DNA of 49,095 nt from Theionarchaea archaeon. Its GTDB lineage: Archaea > Methanobacteriota_B > Thermococci > Methanofastidiosales > SZ-28-30. The position numbers and the translations under genes are program-made. The stretch lies in the NCBI GenBank assembly GCA_018992565.1, contig JACVGW010000012.1, forward strand, positions 1 through 49,095. Reading direction: 5' to 3'. The notes beneath the pieces are model-generated. The model was not told where the DNA came from, did no database searches, and was given only the letters and a program-made list of their open reading frames with translations. Shown piece by piece: positions 19,784-29,326 of the stretch (position 1 is the first letter of the stretch; the number at the start of each line of letters is the position of its first letter).

Positions 19784-21898
19784 CTACTCCATCTCATGAG
19801 AGTACAAGACGAGAGAGTCAATATAGAAGGAAGATGCATACGGAAAAAGGGATATCCTAATGTCCTCACCAGGAGGCAACACAAAAAAGGCCACGAAGTG
19901 ATTGTCAGTGTTGAACCTAAAAATTGTCCCCGCGTATACATCATTGATTTCAATGTCCACATTTCCCTTTCCAGTATCTGCATAATGAATGCCCAGGAGG
20001 ACAGCCTCCCCTGCAGGAAGACTGAAATAAGATCGTACTCCGTGAGGTACTGATCCAGCACTCAGGTAAAGAAGGGGCGTATACAGAACTGGGTCTTCAT
20101 CTGTTACTGAAAGAATGTAAATGTCATTTTGATGAAATTCAAGGTTATACAAAGGAGAGTCTTCAACCATTTCAGGATCAATCCCGTCCTCCTCTTGAAT
20201 ATACACATGCGTAATCCCATACTTTTCCAGAATGCTCTTGCTGAACTCCGAAGAGGGTAGTGTCTTCAGAGTAGCCAGGTCGGTAAACCGTTCAGGAAGG
20301 TTCAATTCACTCATGGCATTGTCTCCCTTGTAGTAGAGATGATAAGGTAGTAGCACCCGCCTTCCAACTACTGCTGGAATCCAGGTAGAGGAATCTCCAG
20401 ATGATTGAAAATTCAGTATTGTGTCCTGCGGAGTGGTATTATTTGATAACCACCTGTATGCAGCGAGGGCGTCATCACTGATAGTGGGTTGCTGCTGCGG
20501 TAGTATGAAGAAGGGATCACTGACGTGAAGGATACAGGCTACCAGGACAAGCCCAGACAAGAACCACGTCATGTTCCTTTTTTCCAGTATCTGAGCCAGG
20601 AATAATCCTGCGAGCACAGACAATACTATGATTACCATTCTCATAATGAAAACAGGATCAAAGACCCACCATACTGGCACTAGTATACTGCTCAGGAGTG
20701 GAATACACAAACATACCGTATACAATCCTCCTACAGCCACAGGGAAAGAAACCACCTGTCTCACCCTGCGAACGGTGCATACCTGAAAGAGCGCAAATAT
20801 CAGTAACAAGGGCCCCATGGAAAAAAAGAATGTATTAAACTCCTTTAAACTATTCAAACTCTGGCTAAACCACTCTCCAGCAAACATGACCTCTAGGGGC
20901 TCGAGTGGGGGAAAGACGATTCTCGCCAGGGGGGGAAGACTGAACAGCAAGAAAGAGGCCAGAATATAGAAGGTAGACCGATAGACAATCATGAATCCCA
21001 CCAGAAAGACAGCAAGGGGAAGAAATGCATTCAAATCAACGCAAAAGCAGGCAGCGCAGGCTAATCCTGCCACTGCAAATTGAGAACGCGATTTCTGGGT
21101 AACGGCCTGAATGACCAGCGAAACAGCAAAGACCTGCAGAGTGATCCCTATGAGAAGAGGGTAGCTACCTGACAAGGCAACCTGGTGGAAGAGAAAAGAC
21201 AGTCCTGCAAAGGAGAATGCAGAAGTCAGCCCCACTTTCTCTGAATGTAAGGTCTTCCCCAGCATATAGACAGCAACACATCCCAGAGAGGCTGCAAGAA
21301 TGCCTACCATAGTACTGACTGGAACAAGGGGGCTGCGTGATGCCTGTGCCACCATGACAGCCATTCCATGGTATCCCAGAGGCTGGGTTACATGATGAAT
21401 CTCTGGATATAATGGAGCGTAACCGGAAGGAAGATTCATGGACTCCAGGATAGTACTGCAGTGCAGAAGGTGAAGCTTCATCTCATCCCCTGGTGGGAAA
21501 AATGCCACGTAATCTGTCCAGGGGTATACGTACGTCAACATGAAAAGGATACACCCCAGGAGATATACTGTTTTTCTGTCTATCAGAGGAAGAGGCGTAT
21601 CTCTCTTCAGTAGTATCATGGCAGAACCAAGGGATAACCCCAGGGGGATGGGGGCCCACACAATCCATGCACAGTAGTACACAACAACAGTGAGGAGTGC
21701 TGTACCACACAAAACACACACCAAAGGCGTTTTCTCTTCAAACCCCGCATACTCCCAGATCAAGAACCCGGGGAAGAAGGTCATCAGCAGCAATGCAGCA
21801 CCAATTCGGATGATACCTACAGGGATCAGTAGTGCACCTGCCAGTACAGCCCAGGCACTTAGGATAGAGACTCTGTTTCTGGTGAGATGTTCTCTCAT
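19784..21898 (-). CDS. Multi-pass GT-C-fold glycosyltransferase-like membrane protein
   Basis: Many TM helices, an acidic 'GDE' in the first loop, 'PLGYH', and a C-terminal extracellular domain 'AYRWLSNNT...WIPAVVGRR...KYGITHVYI'. Start reassigned to 21898. Confidence 0.6.
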   Translation of the reverse strand: MREHLTRNRVSILSAWAVLAGALLIPVGIIRIGAALLLMTFFPGFLIWEYAGFEEKTPLVCVLCGTALLTVVVYYCAWIVWAPIPLGLSLGSAMILLKRDTPLPLIDRKTVYLLGCILFMLTYVYPWTDYVAFFPPGDEMKLHLLHCSTILESMNLPSGYAPLYPEIHHVTQPLGYHGMAVMVAQASRSPLVPVSTMVGILAASLGCVAVYMLGKTLHSEKVGLTSAFSFAGLSFLFHQVALSGSYPLLIGITLQVFAVSLVIQAVTQKSRSQFAVAGLACAACFCVDLNAFLPLAVFLVGFMIVYRSTFYILASFLLFSLPPLARIVFPPLEPLEVMFAGEWFSQSLNSLKEFNTFFFSMGPLLLIFALFQVCTVRRVRQVVSFPVAVGGLYTVCLCIPLLSSILVPVWWVFDPVFIMRMVIIVLSVLAGLFLAQILEKRNMTWFLSGLVLVACILHVSDPFFILPQQQPTISDDALAAYRWLSNNTTPQDTILNFQSSGDSSTWIPAVVGRRVLLPYHLYYKGDNAMSELNLPERFTDLATLKTLPSSEFSKSILEKYGITHVYIQEEDGIDPEMVEDSPLYNLEFHQNDIYILSVTDEDPVLYTPLLYLSAGSVPHGVRSYFSLPAGEAVLLGIHYADTGKGNVDIEINDVYAGTIFRFNTDNHFVAFFVLPPGEDIRISLFPYASSFYIDSLVLYSHEME

Positions 21899-22032
21899 AT
21901 ACACACCACAATTCTGGTTGGAGTCTATAAGAATGTTGCCATCCTCTCCTGCTCTGTGCACCACATAATTTTCTTTCTTTAAGCTACTATCATAACCGTA
22001 AGTTTTATAAGGTATTGTGATATAGTACTGGC

Positions 22033-24333
22033 ATGAGAAGAGTGCTGGCTGCAGTACTGGTGCTGTTGCTTCTTTCGGGAAGCCTGGAAATGGAATCCAA
22101 GAAAATCGTGGTAGTCTCAAACTCGATTGACTATTCCTCAAGTCTTATCACGTATCTGGGCCAGTCATTTGAGGTTATATCCATTACCGCACAGCAGCTC
22201 CCCAGCTACCAGAATTACCAGCACTACGTCATTCTGGGTGGTCCAGATGCCCCTGAGGGGGTTGGCGAAGTGGTGCGCACATTGCTTGACCCTACTGAAC
22301 AGGAGTTTATCAGGACCCCAGGTGCATCTAATCTTTTCATAAGAGAGATCAGGGGAAAGACCTTTTTCATTTTCGCGGGAGCGACCCGGGAACTGACAAG
22401 GGAAGTCACAACTTCCAATAAGCGCCGGATTTTCGAATACATTCCCCGTGGCCCTGTATTGTGGCTGAAAGACCTGGATATCCAGCGCGTTACAGCCATG
22501 GATATTACAGATCTCGACCGGGACACCAGGTATGATTACGTTTTTGGCTGCCTGCGAGTCGTTTCAGACCCCTGGGACAGGGGCGCCATCTATGTTTACG
22601 AGAATAATGACCTCATGTGGTACTACCACGTGTCCAGAGAAATCAAGGCCTTAACCTGTTTTGATCTGGATCACAATGGGAAGGAGGAGATTATTGTCGC
22701 CTGCGATGTCCTCCTGGGTAATGAGGGTGATCTTTACGTTTTCGATCACAAAGGAATCCTCAAATGGAGGACTCATGTACCAGGATCTCCTCGAGGGCTG
22801 TACTGCTATGATCATTATGTAGCAGTAAACCTGTATGGGGGGGGAAACCGTGTCTTGATCTTTGATAATGAAGGGACCCGGGTAGCAGATTTGCCTGTGA
22901 ATGGGCGAATTTCCAAATTCATAATATCTGACATAAACAAGGATAGAAAGAAAGAGCTCGTGGTCAGTGGCATCGTGGATGAGAACTGGGAGCATTTCTT
23001 GACTGTGTATGACATGAGGGGGAATGTTCTGTGGAACTACACCACGTTCGAACATATCAATGATTTCCAATTTCATGACGTAGACAACGATGGCATGGAA
23101 GAAGCGCTCTTCATTTCCTATGACACGCTGTATGTGACCAGGGGAGGAGAGCTCCTGGGAAAAGTACATTTGCCCCCTGCCCTCCTGCATATGGAGGTTA
23201 TGGGTGATCAAATCTTGCTGGTTAACAGTGCCACCATGTTTGTTATAGAGGTACAGGCAGTAGCATCTCTGGAAGGAGAGAGTATTCCTCTTTCCGACTT
23301 CTCCCAAATGGTTACGTCATCTATTTCCCTCAGTTCTCAGCCGGAGTTTTTCATCGTGGAAGACATCGATCTGGACCATGTAGATGAAATTGTGGTTGGG
23401 AATGGTCAGGCGCTGGAAATCTACGTTCTGGAAGATTTCGGGCCTGGCATCAGTGGGTTCGTCACTGCGGCTGAGAGGATAATTCAGGGAGTGGCTGAAG
23501 AACGAGAAGAACTTCCTGATGCTGACTTTATAGTATATGAGGATTCGAAATTAGGGTTCAGAACAAAGTACTACAACCAATGGACAGAAGAACAGGTAGA
23601 GGGGGCAAATGCAGTTGTCTTTTACAGTCCTCTTGAGAGCGAACAGGATGTACTTCGAGAGAATGTGCTGGTATCAGTCTACAAGCTTCAGCCGGGAGAT
23701 CCTACAGATATTCATGAGTATGTTGAGCGAGAACTTGAAGAAATGAGAGAACAGAGTCCCGATTTGCGAGTCATTGAATCCACTGCAACTACTATGGGGG
23801 ACAGCCCTGCTCGCAGGGTTGTCTACATTGAAGGTGAAGAAATAGGCGGTGAACTGATTATAACTGTGCAGGTTGGCGCTATAAAGGAGAGCAACCTGTA
23901 TCTTATGACGTATATATCTGTGATCAGCACCTACAACCGATATTTACCCATTTTTGAGAAGATGGTATCTTCCTTTGAAATAATTGAACAGGTTCGACCA
24001 GTTGTTATTTGTCAGGTTCAATTTGATCCTGAGGGAGATGATAATGCAGACCTCAACAAGGAATGGGTGAAGGTCTGCAATAACAGTGATACTGATGTTG
24101 ATCTGTCGGGATGGACTCTGGAAAACGACGTTGGGGGGCTTTTTGAGTTTCCCCAGGGATTTGTAATCAAGGCAGGAAGCTTCGTTTTTGTATACACCGG
24201 TTCAGGTACCAACAGTGACGTTGCACTGTACTGGGGTTCTCCAGTGGAGAGGTGGAACAATTCAGGAGATACAGCTGTCTTGCGGGATGCAGAGGGGAAT
24301 GTGATGGACGAGTATGAATGGACTCCTCAGTAA
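22033..24333 (+). CDS. Secreted multidomain surface protein (S-layer-like N-domain, FG-GAP/propeller repeats, PsbP-like domain, C-terminal lamin-tail domain)
   Basis: Signal peptide; 'VILGGPDAPEG'; DLDxxGxxEI repeats; LTD signature 'EWVKVCN...VDLSGWTL...WNNSGDTAVLRD'. Confidence 0.75.
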   Translation: MRRVLAAVLVLLLLSGSLEMESKKIVVVSNSIDYSSSLITYLGQSFEVISITAQQLPSYQNYQHYVILGGPDAPEGVGEVVRTLLDPTEQEFIRTPGASNLFIREIRGKTFFIFAGATRELTREVTTSNKRRIFEYIPRGPVLWLKDLDIQRVTAMDITDLDRDTRYDYVFGCLRVVSDPWDRGAIYVYENNDLMWYYHVSREIKALTCFDLDHNGKEEIIVACDVLLGNEGDLYVFDHKGILKWRTHVPGSPRGLYCYDHYVAVNLYGGGNRVLIFDNEGTRVADLPVNGRISKFIISDINKDRKKELVVSGIVDENWEHFLTVYDMRGNVLWNYTTFEHINDFQFHDVDNDGMEEALFISYDTLYVTRGGELLGKVHLPPALLHMEVMGDQILLVNSATMFVIEVQAVASLEGESIPLSDFSQMVTSSISLSSQPEFFIVEDIDLDHVDEIVVGNGQALEIYVLEDFGPGISGFVTAAERIIQGVAEEREELPDADFIVYEDSKLGFRTKYYNQWTEEQVEGANAVVFYSPLESEQDVLRENVLVSVYKLQPGDPTDIHEYVERELEEMREQSPDLRVIESTATTMGDSPARRVVYIEGEEIGGELIITVQVGAIKESNLYLMTYISVISTYNRYLPIFEKMVSSFEIIEQVRPVVICQVQFDPEGDDNADLNKEWVKVCNNSDTDVDLSGWTLENDVGGLFEFPQGFVIKAGSFVFVYTGSGTNSDVALYWGSPVERWNNSGDTAVLRDAEGNVMDEYEWTPQ

Positions 24334-24550
24334 TGGAGAGCGCTGCTGGGCACTGAGAATGAGGAGCCTGTAGGGTCATACGAAACGTACTGCTGAAAGA
24401 ATTCAGAAATACTCGTTCTCATGGATATATCTTTCAAGATTATCAGTTGTTTTCCTGCACGGTATGGAGCAGTCGAGATCAGGCTGCATTAGGAGGTTCT
24501 TTGCCGAGACAACCCATATCTTTATATACAATACTAACCCCCTTTTTTTC

Positions 24551-25159
24551 ATGGAAGATCCCCGAGGGAAGTACATCAGGTGGAGTGAAGAGTGTGTCTG
24601 GCAGCCTTTCGGTTCATCACTGGTTATTCTCAACCCTTCTCACTCTCACACAGAACTTGTGGATCCGTATGTGAGCCTCAATGAAACGGCAAGAGACATA
24701 TGGAACTGGTGTGATGGTACCAGGACCTTTGAGACTATTGTTGCCCTCATACAGCAGGAATACGAGGGAGATCCCGATCACATCAGTGCCAATGTGCAGT
24801 CTGTTATTTCTCAGCTTCACCAACAGGGACTTCTCAGCTATGAAGATGTCCCGTGCGTCCCCTCAGAACTTACTGTTTCCCCTCACGATTTCATCATGTG
24901 GGCAGATACTGTCCTGTGGGAAGAAGTCGAAGGCAAAATCATTGTCCTGGACAATCATACAGGAACCTCTTACACTCTCCCTGAGGAAGCAACAGACCTG
25001 TGGAAGCTTCTCAATGGACAGGCTGCGCTTCTCATGGTTTTACGCACCCTGAAAGAGAAGGGGACTATTAATGAGGATATGCCCTCAGCCAGATTCAAGC
25101 TGCTTCTCAAGGAGTTTATCAAACTGGGATTACTGACAGTAAAAGACGAACCCTGGTGA
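24551..25159 (+). CDS. Tandem PqqD-like / RiPP recognition element (RRE) protein
   Basis: Two PqqD-like units: 'LNETARDIWNWCDGTRT...IV..I..EY' and 'LPEEATDLWKLLNG'. TATA TTTATATA at 24521. GTGA overlap with the next gene. Confidence 0.85.
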   Translation: MEDPRGKYIRWSEECVWQPFGSSLVILNPSHSHTELVDPYVSLNETARDIWNWCDGTRTFETIVALIQQEYEGDPDHISANVQSVISQLHQQGLLSYEDVPCVPSELTVSPHDFIMWADTVLWEEVEGKIIVLDNHTGTSYTLPEEATDLWKLLNGQAALLMVLRTLKEKGTINEDMPSARFKLLLKEFIKLGLLTVKDEPW

Positions 25160-26514
25160 AATACATGCAGTCCCTCAAGAGAAAAATCATCATCAAAGTG
25201 GATGAACAGAAATATCTTCTCGTGAACCCTTACACTGGGTTGGCAGATATAATTGATGAAGAGACCTGTCAGCTCCTCCAGCATGATTCTATATCCGTAG
25301 ACAGTGATACAATCCGTACCCTGCAGGCCAGGGGTCACATAGTACATGAGGGAGATGAGGAAGACCTCCTGGACTATCTTGAGCAACAGGCAAAGAAACT
25401 ACACCAGGAGGCCTTACAGTACCACAATCACTGTCTCATCCCCACCTATGGGTGCAATCTTCGCTGTCTTTACTGCTATGAGAAGCACATGTACAAGAAC
25501 GAGGTAAAACTGACACCAGTCATGAACAAGAAGACTGTTGATGCCTTTTTCAGCACCATTCTGTCTATGGATTCTGATGGTCCTCAACGGTTGATAACTC
25601 TGTATGGAGGGGAACCTCTTCAGCTCAAGAACAAGGAGATCATCCAGTACATTCTCTCCTTGGGGAACTCTCATGGATACACCTTTGAAGTGGTAACCAA
25701 TGGAGCTGATTTCCAGCACTTCGTCCCTCTTCTCAGCACTGTTTCTGTAAAATCTGTTCAGATTACTCTGGATGGGCCGGAACGTATTCATGATGCCCGC
25801 AGGTTTCGTCCTGGCAAAAAGGGAACCTTCCAGGATATAACCAGGGGAATAGACATGGCTGTTGACCATGATATCCCCGTAAAGATACGAATCAATGTGG
25901 ACTCTGACAACCTTGATCATATCCCTGAATTTGCTGACTTCTATCAGGAAAAGGGCTGGTACCCGGCTGCGAAGGCGTATGCCTGCAGTGTGCGTTCCTC
26001 AAGCTGTTCACCATATACCCGGGTCATCCCCCCAGAGGACTTTTCCAGGAAAATGATTGACCTTTTTGTGCATGACAGGAGAATGGAATTATTCCCTGGC
26101 ACATTTGGGAGTTTCAACTTCGTGTTCGGTCATCTCTTTCTAGGAACACCTCTCAAGAAACGATTCTGGGGATGCAGTGCGCATACTTCTCTGTTTTTCT
26201 ATGATCCCTTCGGCGATATATACGCCTGTGGGGAGGCTGTAGGGCATAAAGAACACCGAATTGGCACATTCCTTCCCGAACTCACTCTTAATGAGAACTA
26301 TCATAACTGGAGGGGCAGGACCATCCACACAGTACCTGAATGCGCAGACTGCAGCCTGAGTCTCTTCTGCGGTGGAGCGTGTGCATTCAAGGCATACCTC
26401 AAGAATGGCTCTATATACTCCCCGTACTGTGATCATGCCAAATCATCCGTGGAACATGAAGCGAAATATCTGTACCATCTAATGGAGACTCGAGGTACAA
26501 TGCTTTCACATTGA
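25156..26514 (+). CDS. Radical SAM/SPASM peptide maturase 1 (N-terminal RRE-like domain)
   Basis: CNLRCLYC, YGGEP, TNG and QITLDG; SPASM C..GDIYAC..CxxC..CGGAC..C. Confidence 0.92.
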   Translation: MKYMQSLKRKIIIKVDEQKYLLVNPYTGLADIIDEETCQLLQHDSISVDSDTIRTLQARGHIVHEGDEEDLLDYLEQQAKKLHQEALQYHNHCLIPTYGCNLRCLYCYEKHMYKNEVKLTPVMNKKTVDAFFSTILSMDSDGPQRLITLYGGEPLQLKNKEIIQYILSLGNSHGYTFEVVTNGADFQHFVPLLSTVSVKSVQITLDGPERIHDARRFRPGKKGTFQDITRGIDMAVDHDIPVKIRINVDSDNLDHIPEFADFYQEKGWYPAAKAYACSVRSSSCSPYTRVIPPEDFSRKMIDLFVHDRRMELFPGTFGSFNFVFGHLFLGTPLKKRFWGCSAHTSLFFYDPFGDIYACGEAVGHKEHRIGTFLPELTLNENYHNWRGRTIHTVPECADCSLSLFCGGACAFKAYLKNGSIYSPYCDHAKSSVEHEAKYLYHLMETRGTMLSH

Positions 26515-26589
26515 TAATTGGCCGCACTTTTTGCAGGGAAACTTCGAATAAAGACAACATTTTTAAATCCGCTCGCTGAATGTAATATA

Positions 26590-26631
26590 GAAAGATATTT
26601 AAACCTACAGAGAGAAAGAGTTCAGAGGTGA
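26590..26631 (+). promoter_or_regulatory. BRE/TATA promoter and RBS of the precursor peptide gene
   Basis: Purine-rich GAAAGA followed by TATTTAAA (26596-26603). RBS GAGGTGA at 26625-26631, 4 nt before the GTG. Confidence 0.7.
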
Positions 26632-26635
26632 TTCA

Positions 26636-26776
26636 GTGGAAGTCAAGCGACTCAACAAGAAGACCTGGGCTGACGGTGTTATAAAGCCCCTTGGCGCTCC
26701 TCCCACTCCTGCTGCCATTGATGGCTGCGGCGGCAGCTGTTGCAGCTGCTTCGATTATACCTGTGACCACTGGTAG
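26636..26776 (+). CDS. Putative RiPP precursor peptide, 46 aa: MEVKRLNKKTWADGVIKPLGAPPTPAAIDGCGGSCCSCFDYTCDHW
   Basis: Translated by hand; absent from the ORF track. GTG start after GAGGTGA, TAG stop at 26774-26776. Basic K-x-L-N leader, Pro/Ala linker, and a core with 5 Cys. Lies between rSAM/SPASM genes. Confidence 0.85.
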   Translation: MEVKRLNKKTWADGVIKPLGAPPTPAAIDGCGGSCCSCFDYTCDHW

Positions 26777-26849
26777 AACTCAATGGTTCTGGTGTAGAGA
26801 AGGAGTAGCTCCAGGTCAAATCTTGAAAAAGAGAGATCAAGTCTATCAG

Positions 26850-26899
26850 GGCGGTGGGGTGAACCCAGCATTCGCGGGTTCTCACTGCCTCCCTTTTTT
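26850..26899 (+). terminator. Stem-loop plus T tract between convergent precursor and rSAM2 genes
   Basis: GGCGGTGGG (26850-26858) pairs with CTCACTGCC (26881-26889), with inner AACCC/GGGTT, followed by TTTTTT (26894-26899). Confidence 0.6.
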
Positions 26900-26906
26900 G
26901 TGAATG

Positions 26907-27989
26907 TCATCCATTCTGGGTGGGAGTATATGGGCACTGGGGATCTGGCTGGAATGGATCATCATAGACTGCATACGCAATACAGGTGGCACCTCCACTG
27001 CAAATGTTGGGCGCTCTCTTGCAGAAGTAACAATCTCGACATTTTCCTTTGACAATGAGATGTTTCTGGCGGAGGTTCCATAGGACTGGATGACTCCAGA
27101 TCGTAACAAAGTCCTCTTTGAGGAGGTTTCCCAGGAAGACAGGCATCCTCCGACAGGGATAGACATCACCGTTCTCCATGACGCAGATGTGGGATAGCCC
27201 AGCACTGCACCGGTGGCCATTCTTGGTGAGAGCATCAGGATGGGAAGGGTCGAAGATAACTGGCCAGTCGCACCTGTCCCTGGCAATGTGCAGGCCAGAT
27301 GGTTTTTTCGTCGAGAGTTCGTCGAAATCATGGCTTAATTTTGTATATAAGGTCAAGATTTGTTCTGGAGAAAGCATCAATTCTTTGAGTGCCTTCCCCC
27401 TTCCCCAGGGGACAATCCGCGTGACAGTGAGAACATCTGCCCCCATAGCCACTGCAAGGTCTGTTATGTTGAAGGCATCTTCATAGTTGTCTTTGTGGAC
27501 TACATAGTGCATGTGAGTGACGATCTTGGACTTGCTGAGATGGTTCAGTGCTCTCAGTGCCTGGAGAAATGTGCCTCTTCCCCGTACTGCGTCGTGGATT
27601 TCTGAAGTCGCACCATCAAAGCTGATTTGAACATCTATGCGCATGGAGTATTTCTCAAGGCGGTGCACCATCTCTTCAGTCATGGTAGTCCCGTTGGTCA
27701 GTATGGCTGCATAGCAGGGAGACGAGGGGCTCTCCTCAATGTAGTCAAGTATATCCCAAAACTGAGGATGCAGTGTGGGTTCTCCTCCTGTCAGCCAGAT
27801 GACAGGCATCCTCTCAAACCTGGAGCAGTAGTCCAGAAATGCACGTATCACTTTCTTACAGTCCTGAAACCCCATATGATAGTGGGTTTCTGCATCATCA
27901 TAACAGTGGATACACCGCAAATTGCACTGGCCAGTGATTCCCACCTGCATGATGAAGGGATGTTTTCTGGACTCAGGATCATCTCTCAC
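26907..27989 (-). CDS. Radical SAM/SPASM protein 2 (PqqE-like architecture, no fused RRE)
   Basis: CNLRCIHC, LTGGEP, CSAG, GDVYPC and CRDCYFC..CSGGATC..DPQC. GTG 27989 overlaps the upstream stop (GTGA) and follows RBS AAGGTGA. Confidence 0.9.
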   Translation of the reverse strand: MRDDPESRKHPFIMQVGITGQCNLRCIHCYDDAETHYHMGFQDCKKVIRAFLDYCSRFERMPVIWLTGGEPTLHPQFWDILDYIEESPSSPCYAAILTNGTTMTEEMVHRLEKYSMRIDVQISFDGATSEIHDAVRGRGTFLQALRALNHLSKSKIVTHMHYVVHKDNYEDAFNITDLAVAMGADVLTVTRIVPWGRGKALKELMLSPEQILTLYTKLSHDFDELSTKKPSGLHIARDRCDWPVIFDPSHPDALTKNGHRCSAGLSHICVMENGDVYPCRRMPVFLGNLLKEDFVTIWSHPVLWNLRQKHLIVKGKCRDCYFCKRAPNICSGGATCIAYAVYDDPFQPDPQCPYTPTQNG

Positions 27990-29326
27990 GGTATCACCTT
28001 CTTTGCTTCCATGATCCTCCACAGGAGCGGGTAATATATGGTGCGGGCCTGCTTTGAAAACGTGCAATCAGGCCTCAGGAGCGTGCCTTTCTCATGATAC
28101 ACATAGTGGGCACATCCTCCTCCGCAGATCATGGCATACTTGCACGAGTGGCAAGGGTTCATGGTGAAGATCGTTCTCTCCTTCCACTGGTGGTAGTGTC
28201 GATTCAACACAAGTTCAGGGTAGTATCTCCCCACAGCATGCTCCCTGTCACCCAGAGTATCAGTGCACATGTAGATATCTCCATGGGGGTCCAGCCATAC
28301 TTGAGAAGGATTCTGTCTGCAGTAGGTAGTACAGGGAATCCAGGTGTCAACTCCCAGTCCAAGTTTCTTCCGTATAGGTTCCAGCCCAACCCAGAAAGCG
28401 TCCCGGACTGACTCCTCCTCAACCAGAAAATCCAGGTCTTCCTCATGAAGGTTACACACGAAATTAAAACATCCCCCCTCTGTATGATGGCGCTGCGGAG
28501 TTAGGAACACGGATACGTAGGCGCTGTTCTTCCATCCTTTCTCTTCTGCAAAGTCCATGAATGAGGGTAAGTCCCTTACCGTGGAATGGTCAAAGACTAC
28601 ACGCACATATACGCGTATCTTCTCATCTGCCAGTGCATCAACTGATGCCACAATTTCCTGAAAGGATCCCGTTCCATCCAGTTTCTTTTTTCTGGAATCG
28701 TGAACAGGTGGTAGCCCATCCAGGGTGACCTGCACTGAGGTAATGTCATGCTGCGACAGAAGAGGAATGAATCTTTTTGCTTCCAGCCCATTGGTGACTA
28801 TAATGAATGATTTTTCCTGAGATGATCCTTTTTCCAGTACATATTTGACCAGATCATAATTCCGGTAGAGGAGAGGCTCCCCCCCAAACAGATGAATGGG
28901 AGTATCAGCTTCAGGGTTCATGGTTTCCATGATTTCAAATGCTTTGTCTACATGGTCAAAACTCATGGTGTTCTCAAGCCAGTTCTTCTCTCTCTCAAAA
29001 ACATAAGACTCAAAGCAGTAGTCACACCGCATGTTGCAGGCATAGGTGAGGATCAGCACAAAGAACAAGTTGTCTTGGACAGGGTTGAAGGATGTGAGGC
29101 AATCGTATGCATGGATGATTTCCTCTCTGGGGGACATGGTAGTCAGAAACCCTGACTCCTGCAGTATTTTCACAGCCTCGGCGTCACATGCTTCTGGATT
29201 CTCACTGTCCAGAATCTCTTTCAGATGGTTCTTCCCCTGCAGAATGTGACCGGTGAATGTATTGACGAACAGGTAGTCTTCATCAGAGACCGGGATGACC
29301 ACAGCGTATCGGCTACGGGTCAACAT
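27986..29326 (-). CDS. Radical SAM/SPASM peptide maturase 3 (N-terminal RRE-like domain)
   Basis: CNMRCDYC, FGGEP and QVTLDG; SPASM GDIYMC..CHSC..CGGGC..C. Confidence 0.92.
   Translation of the reverse strand: MLTRSRYAVVIPVSDEDYLFVNTFTGHILQGKNHLKEILDSENPEACDAEAVKILQESGFLTTMSPREEIIHAYDCLTSFNPVQDNLFFVLILTYACNMRCDYCFESYVFEREKNWLENTMSFDHVDKAFEIMETMNPEADTPIHLFGGEPLLYRNYDLVKYVLEKGSSQEKSFIIVTNGLEAKRFIPLLSQHDITSVQVTLDGLPPVHDSRKKKLDGTGSFQEIVASVDALADEKIRVYVRVVFDHSTVRDLPSFMDFAEEKGWKNSAYVSVFLTPQRHHTEGGCFNFVCNLHEEDLDFLVEEESVRDAFWVGLEPIRKKLGLGVDTWIPCTTYCRQNPSQVWLDPHGDIYMCTDTLGDREHAVGRYYPELVLNRHYHQWKERTIFTMNPCHSCKYAMICGGGCAHYVYHEKGTLLRPDCTFSKQARTIYYPLLWRIMEAKKVIP

Noticed and set aside
26850..26893. Hairpin with GAA-CCC...GGG resembling an archaeal SECIS
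   Set aside because: It lacks the opposing A of the GAA/A loop, and the upstream peptide has no in-frame UGA. It is better explained as a terminator/stabilising stem.
26691..26903. 70-aa ORF-track entry (MALLPLLL...) as precursor
   Set aside because: TTG start with no RBS. It overlaps the better-supported 46-aa ORF in another frame and runs through the terminator hairpin.
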